Below, one piece after another: positions 48,791 to 60,051 of a stretch of DNA of 64,000 bases; positions within the stretch are counted from its first letter, which is position 1, and every line of letters begins with the position of its first letter. Both the position numbers and the translations under genes were made by a program. The stretch lies in contig CAVXTH010000006.1 of assembly GCA_963764625.1 (NCBI GenBank), positions 288,001 to 352,000 of the forward strand. Reading direction: 5' to 3'. Below the pieces are notes generated by a model. The model did not search any database. It worked only from the letters and a program-made list of their open reading frames with translations, and was not told the origin of the DNA. Source of the DNA: Candidatus Krumholzibacteriota bacterium. GTDB taxonomy: Bacteria > Krumholzibacteriota > Krumholzibacteriia > JAJRXK01.

Positions 48791-49912
48791 CTGAAGATCT
48801 TAGCAGTGAATTGGCGTGACCGCGGCGATCCCATGGGTGGTGGGGCTGAAGTTCACCTCCATGAAATCCTGCGCCACGCGGTGAAGCGGGGCCATGAAGT
48901 GACGTGGCTCGCCTGCAGCTATCCGGGCGCGGAGGCCGAGGAGCTGGATGAGGACGGCATACGCCATCGGCGTCGGGGCGGCTGGCGATGGGCAAACCTG
49001 AGCCTTCCCGGTCTGATGAAGGACGAGCTGAAGCGGCGCGAATACGACCTCGTGGTGGAGGACATCAACAAGATCCCCTTCTTCACTCCATGGCATACGC
49101 GTTTGCCAGTGCTCGTGATTGTCCCTCATCTCTTCGGCGCCACCGTCTTCCGCGAAACCAATCCCCTGACTGCGAGCTATGTCTATCTGAGTGAACGCCC
49201 CATACCGTGGGTCTATCGGAATTCGCATTTTCTGGCCATCAGCCAGAGCACTGCGAATGATCTCGTGCGCCGGGGGATCGACCGCGAGAGGGTGGACATC
49301 GTGGAATGCGGCATGGACCACCGTCCCTATCGGCTCGATGATCCTCCGCCGCGTTCGCACGTGCCCATGGTGGTGCATCTGGGACGATTGAGGCGTTACA
49401 AGAGCGTGGACGTGGTCTTGAGGGCGATGGTGGCCATCCGCCGGGTGCTCCCGGATACCGTGCTCGAGATCGTCGGCGATGGTCCGGACGAGAGCCGGCT
49501 GCGCAAGCTCGCGCACGAATTGGGGCTATCCGAGGCCGTCCATTTTCTGGGTTACCTGCCCCGGGCCGAGATCGTGAACCTGCTCTACCGCAGTCATCTC
49601 TTCTTGAATCCCTCCCCCAAGGAGGGCTGGGGTCTCACCGTCATCGAGGCCAATGCCTGCGGGGTTCCCGTGATCGCGAGCCGGCGCCCGGGACTGGTCG
49701 ACTCGGTGCGGGAAGGGGAAACCGGCCTGTTGGCCGAGTACGGTCGACCCGAGGAGTTCGCGGCCAAGGCTCTCGAGCTGCTCACCGACCACCCGCTCTG
49801 GCGGAGCTACAGCGAGAACGCCTTGCGCTGGGCGCGGAGTTTCAATTGGGAAGACTGCGCCGCCCGAAGTCTGACCGTGATGGAGCGCGCGGCTCAGGAG
49901 AGATCTCGATGA
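48791..49912 (+). CDS. GT4 glycosyltransferase (possible CTG start at 48791; next candidate GTG at 48806)
   Basis: (M)KILAVNWRD...GGAE, LGRL..YK, IVGDGP, PS.KEGWGL.VIEANACG.PV. Confidence 0.88.
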   Translation: MKILAVNWRDRGDPMGGGAEVHLHEILRHAVKRGHEVTWLACSYPGAEAEELDEDGIRHRRRGGWRWANLSLPGLMKDELKRREYDLVVEDINKIPFFTPWHTRLPVLVIVPHLFGATVFRETNPLTASYVYLSERPIPWVYRNSHFLAISQSTANDLVRRGIDRERVDIVECGMDHRPYRLDDPPPRSHVPMVVHLGRLRRYKSVDVVLRAMVAIRRVLPDTVLEIVGDGPDESRLRKLAHELGLSEAVHFLGYLPRAEIVNLLYRSHLFLNPSPKEGWGLTVIEANACGVPVIASRRPGLVDSVREGETGLLAEYGRPEEFAAKALELLTDHPLWRSYSENALRWARSFNWEDCAARSLTVMERAAQERSR

Positions 49913-50943
49913 GCATGGCAAGCCCGCCGCGCCGACCGAGATGGTGGAGTCTGGTCCTGCGAGTCCTCGTCAGCGTCACTCTCATGGTCTGGCTCGTGCA
50001 CAGCCTTCAGGGAGGGTGGAAAAAGCTGGAAGACGTGCGCGTGCTCACTCTCGCTCCCGCCGCGCTGGTGTTCGTTTTGAGCACGATCCTCGGCGCCCTG
50101 CAGTGGGGTCTCTTGTTGCGACACGCCGGACTTGGTCTTTCTCTGGGCAGACTTGCGCGCATCTACTGGGTCGGTCTCTTCTTCAACAACTTTCTTCCGA
50201 GCAATGTGGGGGGTGATCTCGTCAAGGTCGCCGACGTTTCCCTCAGCACCGGGGAGCTGAGCCGGGCGGTGGCGGGAACCATCCTGGATCGAGTGTTGGG
50301 CCTGAGCGCCCTCGCCGCTTTGGGCATCTTCGCCGCACTTCTCTCGCGCCGCGTCTGCCAACCCGGCCTTCCCGTCCTCTTGCTGCTCGGGGTCTGGTTG
50401 GGGCTTCTGCTCATGGGTGGACTGCTCTTATCGAGGCGCTTAGGGGAGAGAGTCACGCGTCTTGTCGCAAGGATCCGCTTCGGACGGATCCACGAGAGGC
50501 TTCAGGCCCTCAGCGGCGAATTCGCGCACTACAGACACTCTCCGGTCTTTCTGCTGAAGATCTTCGCGCTCGCCCTCCTGGTGCAATTTTTTCGCGTGCT
50601 CACCCACGTACTGGTGGCGCAGGCCCTGGCTATTCCCTTGAATTGGCCGCTCGTGCTGGGCCTCTACGTTTTCATCCCGGTGCTCGGGATCGCCATCGTT
50701 TTGCCCATCTCGTTCAACGGACTGGGGCTTCGGGAACTCATCGCGACCCGCCTTCTGCCGGGGATCGGAATCGCGGCGCCCGAGGCCTTCGCGCTGCAGA
50801 TCACGACCTATCTCGTACAAGTGGCGGTGAGTGCGGTCGGGGGGCTGTTTTTCGCCCTCCGCCTGCTCCGAGGCGGGCGGAACGCGGGGCCGAAGTCGCA
50901 AGAAGGCGAGGGCGGAGCCTCCGCACGGCTAAAGAGCGAGTGA
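49909..50943 (+). CDS. Lysylphosphatidylglycerol-synthase TM-region (flippase-like, UPF0104) protein
   Basis: W..LL, GLFFNNFLPSNVGGD.VK, DR.LG, LPISFNGLGLRE. Confidence 0.85.
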   Translation: MSMASPPRRPRWWSLVLRVLVSVTLMVWLVHSLQGGWKKLEDVRVLTLAPAALVFVLSTILGALQWGLLLRHAGLGLSLGRLARIYWVGLFFNNFLPSNVGGDLVKVADVSLSTGELSRAVAGTILDRVLGLSALAALGIFAALLSRRVCQPGLPVLLLLGVWLGLLLMGGLLLSRRLGERVTRLVARIRFGRIHERLQALSGEFAHYRHSPVFLLKIFALALLVQFFRVLTHVLVAQALAIPLNWPLVLGLYVFIPVLGIAIVLPISFNGLGLRELIATRLLPGIGIAAPEAFALQITTYLVQVAVSAVGGLFFALRLLRGGRNAGPKSQEGEGGASARLKSE

Positions 50944-51080
50944 ATGAGAACTTGCCGCAGGGAACCCCGGTTTGCTCGGGACGTACCAACGAGCCGCATG
51001 GCCTCTACGCCGAAGGGGCGAGCTGTGCTAGAGTTTCGCTCCGGTCGGCCGATGGCTGTCTCATCCGAAGGAAGTAGATC

Positions 51081-53711
51081 TTGCTGAATCGCGCGCTCAA
51101 GAGACCCAATACCTTCATGGCGCTCGCTCTCTTCGTTCTGAGTTTCGGGGTCTACGCCGCCACGACTTCGAGAACCATCTCCTTTTGGGACTGTGGAGAG
51201 TTCGTCGCGACCGCCTACGGGTTGGGGATTCCCCATCAGCCGGGCACCCCGCTCTACGTACTGGTGGCGCACATCTTCTCCCTGCTGCCTCTGGGTTTGT
51301 CCGTAGCCCTCAAGGTAAACCTGATGAGCGCCTTCTTCGCGGCGCTGGCCGTCGTGTTCACTTATCTGACCGCGGCTCGTCTGCAGGAAAGCGTGGGAAG
51401 AGGAGATCCAGGACCCTAGTCCGGCCTGGCTCGTGAGGATGGGCGCGGCGGTGGGCGCCTGTTTTTTGGCCTTCAGCACCACCTTCTGGAACAACGCCAT
51501 CGAGGCGGAGGTCTACAGTCTGGCGGCCTTCGTGCTCGCCCTCACCGGCTACATGATCGTCCGCTGGTACGAACAGAGAAAGGTCCTGGCATCGTCGACC
51601 TTCTTCCTGCTCGTGATCTACGTCATGGGGCTCTCGGTGGGATTCCATCTGGGGTCGGTGCTGGTCTACCCGGGCCTGTTCGTCGTCGCTCTCATCTGCC
51701 GGGACAAAGCGCTCGACGACATCGATTTGCTCTTGGTCTCCTTCACCATGGGAGTCTTCGTTCTCTCCACCATGCTGAAGAGCAACATCTTCTTTTCGAT
51801 GCTCTACCTGATCCTGATCGGGGTGGCGTTGTGGCGTCTGCTCGTGCCGAATGGTTCGGGCTTCGCGCTGGCCGGAATCGCGCTGTTCTTCTTGGGCCTC
51901 TCCGTTCACATATTCATGCTCATTCGAACCACTCAGTCGCCCTTCATCAATCAGAGTGTGCCAGATACTTTCGCGCGCCTGATGATGGTGATTCGTCGCG
52001 AGCAGTATCCGCCACGCGTGCCCTGGCATCGCGAGGCGCCGCTGCTGTGGCAGATCGGACATTTTCTGGGGACGAGCGTCTGGGGTGGTGATTCCAGTCT
52101 TGCCGGCCGTCGCGTCGTGGGCTTCCTCCAACAGTTCACCTTCTTGCCCCGCCCCGGATTCCTCGACAGCTTCGTTCCCATCTCCCTGGGACTCTACGGA
52201 ATCCTGAACCAGTTCCGGGGAAATCGGAAGCTGGCGTGGGGCTTCTTCACCGTGTTTCTCATCAATTCCGTGGGCTTGCTCATCATTCTGAACTTCACCA
52301 ACCACGAAGTACGCGATCGAGACTACTTCTATTTCGGCGCCTTCCAGTTCTGGGCGCTGTTCATGGCCCTTGGCGCCGGGGGCTTTCTGCGTTCGATCTG
52401 GTTGGGAATGCGGGAGAAAGACAGGACTCGGCACCTGGTTATGGCGGGCGGCGGTCTCTTGATCGCCATCGCTCTCCTTCCGGTGTTGATTCCGCACCAT
52501 CCGAAGTACTACGAGCACGATCGGAGCCACGACTATATCGCTCGCGACTACGGTTGGAACATGCTCGTGAGCCTTCCCCCGAACAGCATCCTGTTCACGA
52601 ACGGTGACAACGACACTTTTCCCCTGTGGTATCTCCAAGGGGTGGAGAAGTTTCGTACCGATGTTCGCGTGGTGAATCTGAGTCTCATCAACGTGCCGTG
52701 GTACATCAAGCAGCTCAGAGACGTGCCCCCGAAGTGCCCCATCAACTGGAACGATGCCCAGATCGAAGGCAAGGAACCGATCGAACACAAGGGTATGCGG
52801 ACCAAACTCGAAGCTCAGATGCTTCCCGACAAGACCGTGCTGTGGATCCGCGACATGGCGGTCTGGCACATCATCGAGCAGAATCGGTGGCGGCGCCCCA
52901 TCTACTTTGCAGTCACCATTCCTCCCGATTACATCTCCGACTACGACCCCTACTTCAACATGAAGGGACTCGTCTATCGTCTGACTCCCAAGCGGAGCCC
53001 GGACGGCAGATCCAAGATCGACGCGGATGCGATCATGACGAATCTGACCGAGAACTACGACATGGCGGGGATCTGGAAGCCGTATACTCCCCAGTCGAAG
53101 GTCAAGCCGAGGCTGGGGGAGGATCTCCCTTTCGTGCGGGACGATTCCTTCTATAAGGACTTCAATACGACTCACTTGACGAGAAATTACCCGGCAGCTC
53201 TCTGCCGGGTCGCGTACGCGAGACTCACCTCAGGAGAGCAAGAGAAGGGAATTCATGGCGCTCAGGTTGGCATTCGAACTCGATCCGACCTTTCCCTTCC
53301 TTGTCGATCTGATCCCGACCGCGTTCATACAGTCACACCACGTCGACGAAGCGCTCAAGATCGGCAGTTACTACTTGGATCACCTGAGCGATCCCCGGGG
53401 TCTGGCGGTGGACATGGGACGGAGTCTGCTCAGTTTTGGTTATCCCGAGAAGGCCGAGGCGTGGACGAACACGCTGCTCGAACACGATCCCGACGAGAGA
53501 GCCTATGTGCGCATGAAGGTGCGGGTCCTGTGGGAAGCGGGAAGGAAGGATCAAGCCATCGACGTGCTTCAATCCTTCATTCAGCGCACCGGCGACTCGG
53601 AGTCACAGGGCGACCTCGAGGAGATGAAGAAGCCACCTGAACGACGAACCTACTTCGGTGCCAGCCGAGGGCGACTCTTCGGCAGCCGGAACCCCGGAGG
53701 GAGGGGAGTGA
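51081..53711 (+). CDS. DUF2723/TMEM260-like GT-C glycosyltransferase with C-terminal TPR; three apparent single-base frameshifts (about 51388, 53250, 53633)
   Basis: TISFWDCGEF..AY.LGIPH.PG.PLY; FW..A.EAEVYSL; EVRDRDYFY; LFTNGDNDTFPLWYLQ.VE..R.DV.VVNLSL. Frame-corrected joins: LQEAWEEEIQDPSPAWLVR; a TPR segment; tail HLNDEPTSVP...EGGE* ending at TGA 53709-53711. Confidence 0.8.
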
Positions 53712-54718
53712 GGAACGGTCTGCTCGGCTTCTGGACCGAGAAGCGCCGTGTACTGGTTACGGGCTGCGCCGGGTTTCTCGGAAGCAGTCTGGTGGACTCC
53801 TTGCTGCGACAGGGACACCACGTGGTGGGAATCGACTCCTTCAGTGATTACTACAACCCGGCTCTCAAGCGTGAAAATTTGGACGGGGCGAAGCAGGCGG
53901 CTGATTTCGAACTGATCGAGGGCGATCTCAACGAGCTCGACTTGGCGAAGGTCGCGCGCGACAGGCAAGTCGTCTTTCACCTCGCGGCCCAGGCCGGAGT
54001 GCGCGCCTCGTGGGGAACCGAATTCGATCTCTATCTCCGGGCCAACGTCCGGGCCACCCAAGTTCTGCTCGAGGCCCTGGTGCGAGTCTCACGCGAGGGT
54101 GGAGATTTCAGACGCCTGGTCTATTCCTCGTCTTCTTCGGTGTACGGGAATCAGGACCGCTATCCGGTCACCGAGGACATGGACAAGCATCCCTTCAGTC
54201 CCTACGGAGTCACGAAGCTGGCGGGGGAGCATCTGTGTGAGCTCTACGCCACCAATCACGGACTCCCCTGTTCCTCTCTCCGCTACTTTACGGTGTACGG
54301 TCCCCGGCAGCGACCTGACATGGCCTTCCACAAATTCCTGCGCGCGAGCGAGCGTGGGGAAGCGTGGGTCATCTACGGTGACGGGAAGCAGAGCCGTGAT
54401 TTCACCTACGTAGACGACGTGGTGCGAGCCAATCTTCTGGCCGGGGCCGAGAGTTCACCCTATGGGGTCTACAATATCGGAGGGGGCACGCGCCAGGATC
54501 TCCTCTCGGTCCTGAAAATTCTACAGGAGAGAGTGCGAGCCCATGGGATTTCGGATACGGTGAAGATCGAGCATGCGGAAACGGTCAAGGGAGATGTTCG
54601 CCACACCGGCTCCGACGGCTCGCGGGCTCGTGAAGGGCTGGGTTTTGAGGCCGAGATTCCGCTGGAAGAGGGACTCGATCGCATGGTGAGCTGGTACGCG
54701 CAGAGGATGCGAGCATGA
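53708..54718 (+). CDS. NAD-dependent nucleotide-sugar epimerase/dehydratase (UDP-glucuronate 4-epimerase-like)
   Basis: GTG after a GGAGGGAGG SD; VTGCAGFLG, HLAAQAGVR.S, SSSSVYG, YGVTK, LRYFTVYGPRQRPDMA. Confidence 0.92.
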   Translation: MRNGLLGFWTEKRRVLVTGCAGFLGSSLVDSLLRQGHHVVGIDSFSDYYNPALKRENLDGAKQAADFELIEGDLNELDLAKVARDRQVVFHLAAQAGVRASWGTEFDLYLRANVRATQVLLEALVRVSREGGDFRRLVYSSSSSVYGNQDRYPVTEDMDKHPFSPYGVTKLAGEHLCELYATNHGLPCSSLRYFTVYGPRQRPDMAFHKFLRASERGEAWVIYGDGKQSRDFTYVDDVVRANLLAGAESSPYGVYNIGGGTRQDLLSVLKILQERVRAHGISDTVKIEHAETVKGDVRHTGSDGSRAREGLGFEAEIPLEEGLDRMVSWYAQRMRA

Positions 54719-55732
54719 ACCAAAGCGGCGACAGTGAGAGCATGGTGCCAAGCCGCGGGCAGCGATCTCGTTCTGGAGGAGGCGCGCAGGGCGCTGGCCG
54801 GTACGGGCGAACTCGATCTGACGGTGCTCATCCCCGCCTACGACGAGGTGGCCAGCCTGCCCGATCTCATCGAGCAAGTGGCCGCGATCGTGGAACCGAT
54901 CACTTCGTCCTGGGAAATCCTCGTGGTGGACGACGGGAGTAGCGACGGCACGCTCGACCTCTTGCGAACGCTGGCGGGTGAGACACCTCAGCTCCATCAC
55001 ATTTCCTTCCGACGCAACTACGGAAAGTCGGCGGCGCTCTCGGTGGGGTTCAAGCGTTCCCGCGGCTCGGTGGTAGTGACGATGGATGCCGACTTGCAGG
55101 ATGACCCCCGTGAGATCCCACGCCTCTTGGCCGCGCTGGCCGAGGGTTTCGACCTCGTCAGCGGCTGGAAGCAGAACCGCAAAGACCCTTTCGTGAAGAC
55201 CTCGACCTCGAAAGTCTTCAACTTCGTCACCTCCCTGGTGAGTGGCCTCAAACTCCACGACTTCAACTGCGGTTTCAAAGCCTACCGCTGCCAGGTGACG
55301 CGCGCTCTCAAGGTGTATGGCGAGTTGCACCGCTATCTTCCGGTGATGGCTCATCTCCAGGGCTTCGCGGTGGCGGAAATTCCGGTGCGACACCACGCGC
55401 GCAAGCACGGGGTCACGAAATTCGGACGTGAGCGCTTCATCAACGGAGTCTTCGATCTGCTCACAGTGCTCTTCCTGAGCCGCCGGCGGACCTCACCTCT
55501 GCACTTCTTTGGTCGGGTCGGATTACTCTTCGGTGCGGGTGGGATGCTCATCTGCATCTATTTCCTGATCACCTGGCTCGGAGGAGCGGGGCTCCATCTC
55601 CGCCCTCTCATGCTCTTGGGAATCGCTCTCATCCTGGTCTCCATGCAGTTTTTCAGTCTCGGTTTGTTGGCGGAGCTTTTGGTCTCCTCGCGGGACGAGA
55701 GTGAGAGCTATCAGATTCGCTCCGAGGGCTGA
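54715..55732 (+). CDS. GT2 polyprenyl-phosphate sugar transferase (GtrB/ArnC-like); true start is either 54715 with an indel or GTG 54734
   Basis: IPAYDE, VDDGS.DGT, RRNYGKSAAL..G, MDADLQDDP, HDFNCGFKAYR, GELHRY.P; two C-terminal TMs. Confidence 0.88.
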
Positions 55733-55735
55733 GCC

Positions 55736-56666
55736 GTGAGCACGAATCCACCTCGGCTCGGAGTGGTGGTCCTGAATTGGAACGGCCGCGATCATCTGGC
55801 CGGACTTTTCCCTTCGCTGCTCGCCTCCACCTACTCCGACTTCTTCGTCCTCGTGGTCGACAACGGCTCCCAAGACGGCAGCGTGGAATGGACGCGGCGC
55901 GAGTTTCCCTCTGTCGAAGTTCTTGCGCTCGGAGAGAACCGCCGGTTTTCCGGGGGAAACAACGCGGGAGCGGCTCGTGCCCGCGAGCTGGGCGCCGAGC
56001 TTCTCCTGATCCTCAACAACGATACGGAGGTCGATCCCGAATGTCTCAGCTGGCTCGTTGAGAGCTTTCGCGAGAGATTCGGCGATCGGAATCGTCGGGC
56101 CGAGAATCTGCTACCATGATCGTCCCGAGAAAATCTGGTACGGAGGGGGGCGAATCAGACGCTCTCTTGGCATCATTTCCCACCGTGCCATCCGCCGCGG
56201 AGTGGACGAGGGAGCCGATCCTCGTGGGACGACGGACTGGGTGAGCGGATGCGCGCTCGCGGTGCGGGAAAAAGTATGGAGTTCTCTGAATGGCCTGGAC
56301 GAGGAATACTACATCTACGCCGAGGACGTGGACTTTTGCCTGCGGGCCGCCGACGCCGGGGTGGGAATTCACTATGAACCACGGGCGCTCGTTCTGCACA
56401 AAGTGAGTGCTTCGGTGGGGGGAGCGAGTTCCGCGTTCAAGAGCTACCACAAGAGCCGGGCCGCACTTCGACTCTTTGCGCGCCACGGTGCGGGACCAGG
56501 ACGCTTCTCCGCCTACTGCGGACTCGCGATGCATGATCTCGCCGCGATCGCGTGGTTGCTCGCAAGAGGTCACTTCCGTTCGGCCTTCGCAATCTTGTGC
56601 GCGTGGGTCGACGCAGTCTTCGGCCACCAGAGCTATCGGGTGGAAGAAGCCCTGCCGAAGGGATGA
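55736..56666 (+). CDS. GT2 glycosyltransferase (WbbL/GT2-like-c), frameshift near 56066
   Basis: VVLNWNG, VDNGS.DGS, N..FSGGNNAG, LNNDT; continues in the next frame with IGIVGPRI, DWVSGCA, DE.Y.IY.EDVDFC.R, V.H.VSAS. Confidence 0.85.
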
Positions 56667-59181
56667 ACATGAGCAGACGTGGAGCCCTAATCGGATTCTG
56701 GCTTCTGGCCTTCCTGCTGTTGCTGTCGGCGAGTGTCGCCCTGCATCCCGAACAGTACGGGGGAAAGATCTACAGGAGCGCGATGCCCGCGCGGTCCAGG
56801 CCTTCAAGATCGTGGGGGATCGGATGCTGAAGAACGGGGAGTATCCGCAGTGGAATCCCTACGTGTTCTTGGGGATGCCCTCCTACGCGAGTCTCGCCTA
56901 CACCCCAGGCGTCTACCCGCTGGAACGGCCGGTCGACGAACTCAAGAAAGTACTGGGTTTGCCCCCGATGACCTGGCTCCTTCTGCACCTCCTCATTCTC
57001 GGCCTGGGCACCACGGGCTATTTGCGTTGGCGAGGACAGTCGTGGGCTGCCGCGGTGGCGGCCGGGGCGGCGGTCATGGCGCTCCCCAAGGTGGTCGCAT
57101 GGTGCGTGTACGGGCACGGTACGAAGGTTCTGAGCGTGGCGTGGATGCCGTGGATTCTGTGGACGCTCGAAGGGGTTCTAAAGCGAGGGCAGGCCAAGTG
57201 GGCTCTGGGGCTCGCGGCCCTCTTGGGGGTGTTGCTTCTGCGGGCCCACGTGCAGATGACCTACTACACCGCCATGGCCGGCCTCTTCTGGTTCTGCGCG
57301 TTCGGCCTTCCGCTCTGGAAAGAAGAGCACGGCCGCAAGCGCCTGATGATTCGCAGTAGCTGGATTCTGGGAGCTTCGCTGGTCGCCCTTCTCTTGGCGA
57401 TGGAGCTCTACTTGCCGGTCATCAGCTATCAGGCGCACAGCATTCGCGGAGCCGCAAGCACGGGTGGAGGCGTGAGTTTCGTGTATGCCACGAGCTGGAG
57501 CCTGAGCGCCAGCGGGATTCCCACGCTCTGGTGGCCCACCGCCGTCGGCTACGGAAAGCTCTCGTACGTCGGGGGCATGCCGTTCACCGACTATCCGAAC
57601 TATGTGGGAATCCCCCTCTTGGTGTTGGCGATCCTGGGAGTGGCGTTCCGGCGCGACAGATGGGCATGGATGCTCGCAGCGCTCGCGTTCTTTTCGACGC
57701 TGGTCGCGATGGGGAATCACGGTTTTCTCTACCGGCTCCTGTACGATGTGCTGCCCGGGTTCAACAAGTTCCGCGTTCCGGTCATGATTCTCATCTTGCA
57801 GGAGTACGCGCTGATCCTGCTCGCTGCTGCAGGCATCGACGAACTCGCTTCGCACCTGAAGGCCGAGCGTCGACCCACATGGCTCAGCGGCGCGGTCGCC
57901 TTTCCGGTGCTGATCCTGGGGCTCGTTTTCTTGCTCCTGGGTACGGTCGGAGCCGGGTATCTGCGGGAGCAATCGATTCATCACTGGCTGTCCCTGCGAG
58001 CCCAGATTCCCATCGCCGCGCTCGGCGCCGCGGCCGATCTGGCGCGCGCGGATGCCCTGAGAATCGGGGCGATTCTTCTGCTCTCCGTGGGCCTGGCTTT
58101 CGCCTTCATCCGGGGCCGGATTTCGCGAGGGGTCTTGGTCGGAGCCCTGGGGCTCTTGGTCTTCGTGGATCTCTACGCGGTGACCCGGCCCATCGTCCAT
58201 CCCGAGAACTTCCTGAAGCAGGCCGGTCGCGGCGAGCAGGGACGCACCGTGGTGATCGCCGCCCCCGCGATGATCCAGAATCACCACTACGTGGAGAGCT
58301 ACGTCAAGAGCGATGGGGCCCTCGATTTCCTGAAAGCACAGGGACCTTTCCCTCGCGTTTGGCCTCTGCGTCAGTTTCAAATGGAGAACATCTACGCCGC
58401 ACAGGGCATCGTGAGCCTGGCGGGCTACCAACCGGCCAAGCTCGCGAGCTACGAGGAGATCCGCTCGCGTCTGTACCCGCGGCGCGGATTGCCGTCGTTG
58501 AAACTGGTCGATCTGCTGGCGGCGGGATGGGTCCACGTGCCGAGCGCTTTGCCGGCATCCACCGTGAACGCTTTGGCGGAGCAGGGTCTGCGTCTCGTGC
58601 AGGCGTTCGAGGGCGACGGAGGAGTGGTGTACCGGAACGAGAGTGCCGGGCCGCGCGCGTGGATCGTGGGTCGATTCCAGCTCGAGCGCCCGGGGCAGGA
58701 TACCAGCGATTCCGAGCCCGATACCACGGTACTCCACCGCGTGCTGTCCGCGAGTTTCGATCCGGCCATGGATGTCATTCTCGCGAGGGTTCCGCAGCCC
58801 GCGCCCGAGACAGGGGCCAGCGGCGAGGTGCAGTGCATCGAAGAGCATCCCCAACGAATCCTCTTCCAGACGAGTACGAATCTTCCTGCCGTCGCGGTAT
58901 TCGCCGACGTCTACTATCCGGATTGGGAGGTGAAGATCGATGGCGAGCGGGCGAACGTGCTTCGGGCGGATTACGCACTGCGAGCCGTGGCGCTCCCGGC
59001 GGGAACCCATCGCGTGGAGTTCTTCTACCGCGACGAGGCTTTGCGCACGGGTCGTCTCCTGCATCGCATTGCCTTGCTGATTCTGGTGCTCGCGGCGGTG
59101 GCTCTGCTGGTGCGCGGTTTCAGGAATTCTCCATCCCGCACCTCCGCTCGTCCGGCGGAAAGCCCGAAGGCTCGCCAGTAG
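56663..59181 (+). CDS. YfhO-family GT-C membrane glycosyltransferase, frameshift near 56781
   Basis: N-terminal TM in ORF 56552-56830, then PQWNPYVFLGMP, H.Q..YY, YVG, LPGFNKFRVP, and the YfhO tail D.YYPDW.VKIDG....RADYALRAV.LPAG.H.VEF.Y. Confidence 0.82.
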
Positions 59182-59337
59182 AGGAATGGGGTATAATGGC
59201 AGGTAGACTGCGGAGATTTCGACGATTGCCAGCTCGTTCGGAGCCGACTAGGCTCAGAACGCGCGTGGAGTCGTTTCTGGTCGCCGGTAGCCTCGAACCA
59301 CGCTGGTCCTACGGGTCGTGAGGAGTGTAGGAATCGG

Positions 59338-60051
59338 ATGAAAGCCCTGATCGTGATCCCCACCTACAACGAACGGCACAACATCGGGCGCATCATTCCC
59401 GAAATTCTGAAACAGGATCCGGGAATTCACGTCCTGGTCGTCGACGATAGCAGTCCCGACGGCACCGGCGCGGTCGTTTCTCAAATGATGGCGAGTGAAC
59501 CGCGGATTCATCTCATCGAGAGAGAGGGGAAGCAGGGTTTGGGAACGGCCTACCTGGCGGGATTCCGCTGGGCCCTGTCGGAAACCGACGCGGAATACAT
59601 TTTCGAAATGGACGCCGACTTTTCACATGATCCCGCGGCGATCCCCACCTTCCTCGAGATGATTCAGCATTGCGACCTGGTAGTGGGCAGCCGCTACGTG
59701 AACGGGATCACGGTCATGAACTGGCCCCTGTCCCGCCTCTTTCTTTCCGTCTTCGCCAACTACTACGCGTCCGCAGTCACCGGTCTGCCGGTGAAGGACT
59801 GCACCGGCGGATTCAAGTGCTTTCGCCGGCGTACTCTGCAAGGCCTGCCGCTGAGTAAGGTACACAGCGACGGCTACGGATTCCAAATCGAATTGAACTA
59901 TCACGCCTGGAAGCGCGGTTTTCAGATCCGCGAGATTCCCATCGTGTTCACCGACCGCGTGGTCGGAGAGAGCAAGATGTCCAGACGAATCATCTGGGAA
60001 GCGGCATGGGTCGTGTGGCGCCTCCGCCTCTTCTCGGTCTCCACCGAATGA
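59338..60051 (+). CDS. Polyprenol monophosphomannose synthase (DPM1/Ppm1-like GT2)
   Basis: IPTYNE..NI, VDD.SPDGTG, R.GK.GLG.AY..GF, MDADFSHDP, GSRYV, D.TGGFKC.RR, GY.FQIE, EIPI.F.DR..GESKM. Confidence 0.92.
   Translation: MKALIVIPTYNERHNIGRIIPEILKQDPGIHVLVVDDSSPDGTGAVVSQMMASEPRIHLIEREGKQGLGTAYLAGFRWALSETDAEYIFEMDADFSHDPAAIPTFLEMIQHCDLVVGSRYVNGITVMNWPLSRLFLSVFANYYASAVTGLPVKDCTGGFKCFRRRTLQGLPLSKVHSDGYGFQIELNYHAWKRGFQIREIPIVFTDRVVGESKMSRRIIWEAAWVVWRLRLFSVSTE

Noticed and set aside
53255-54718. Apparent TPR-epimerase fusion
   Set aside because: The TPR is the frameshifted tail of the DUF2723 gene; the epimerase has its own SD and GTG at 53708 overlapping the corrected TGA.
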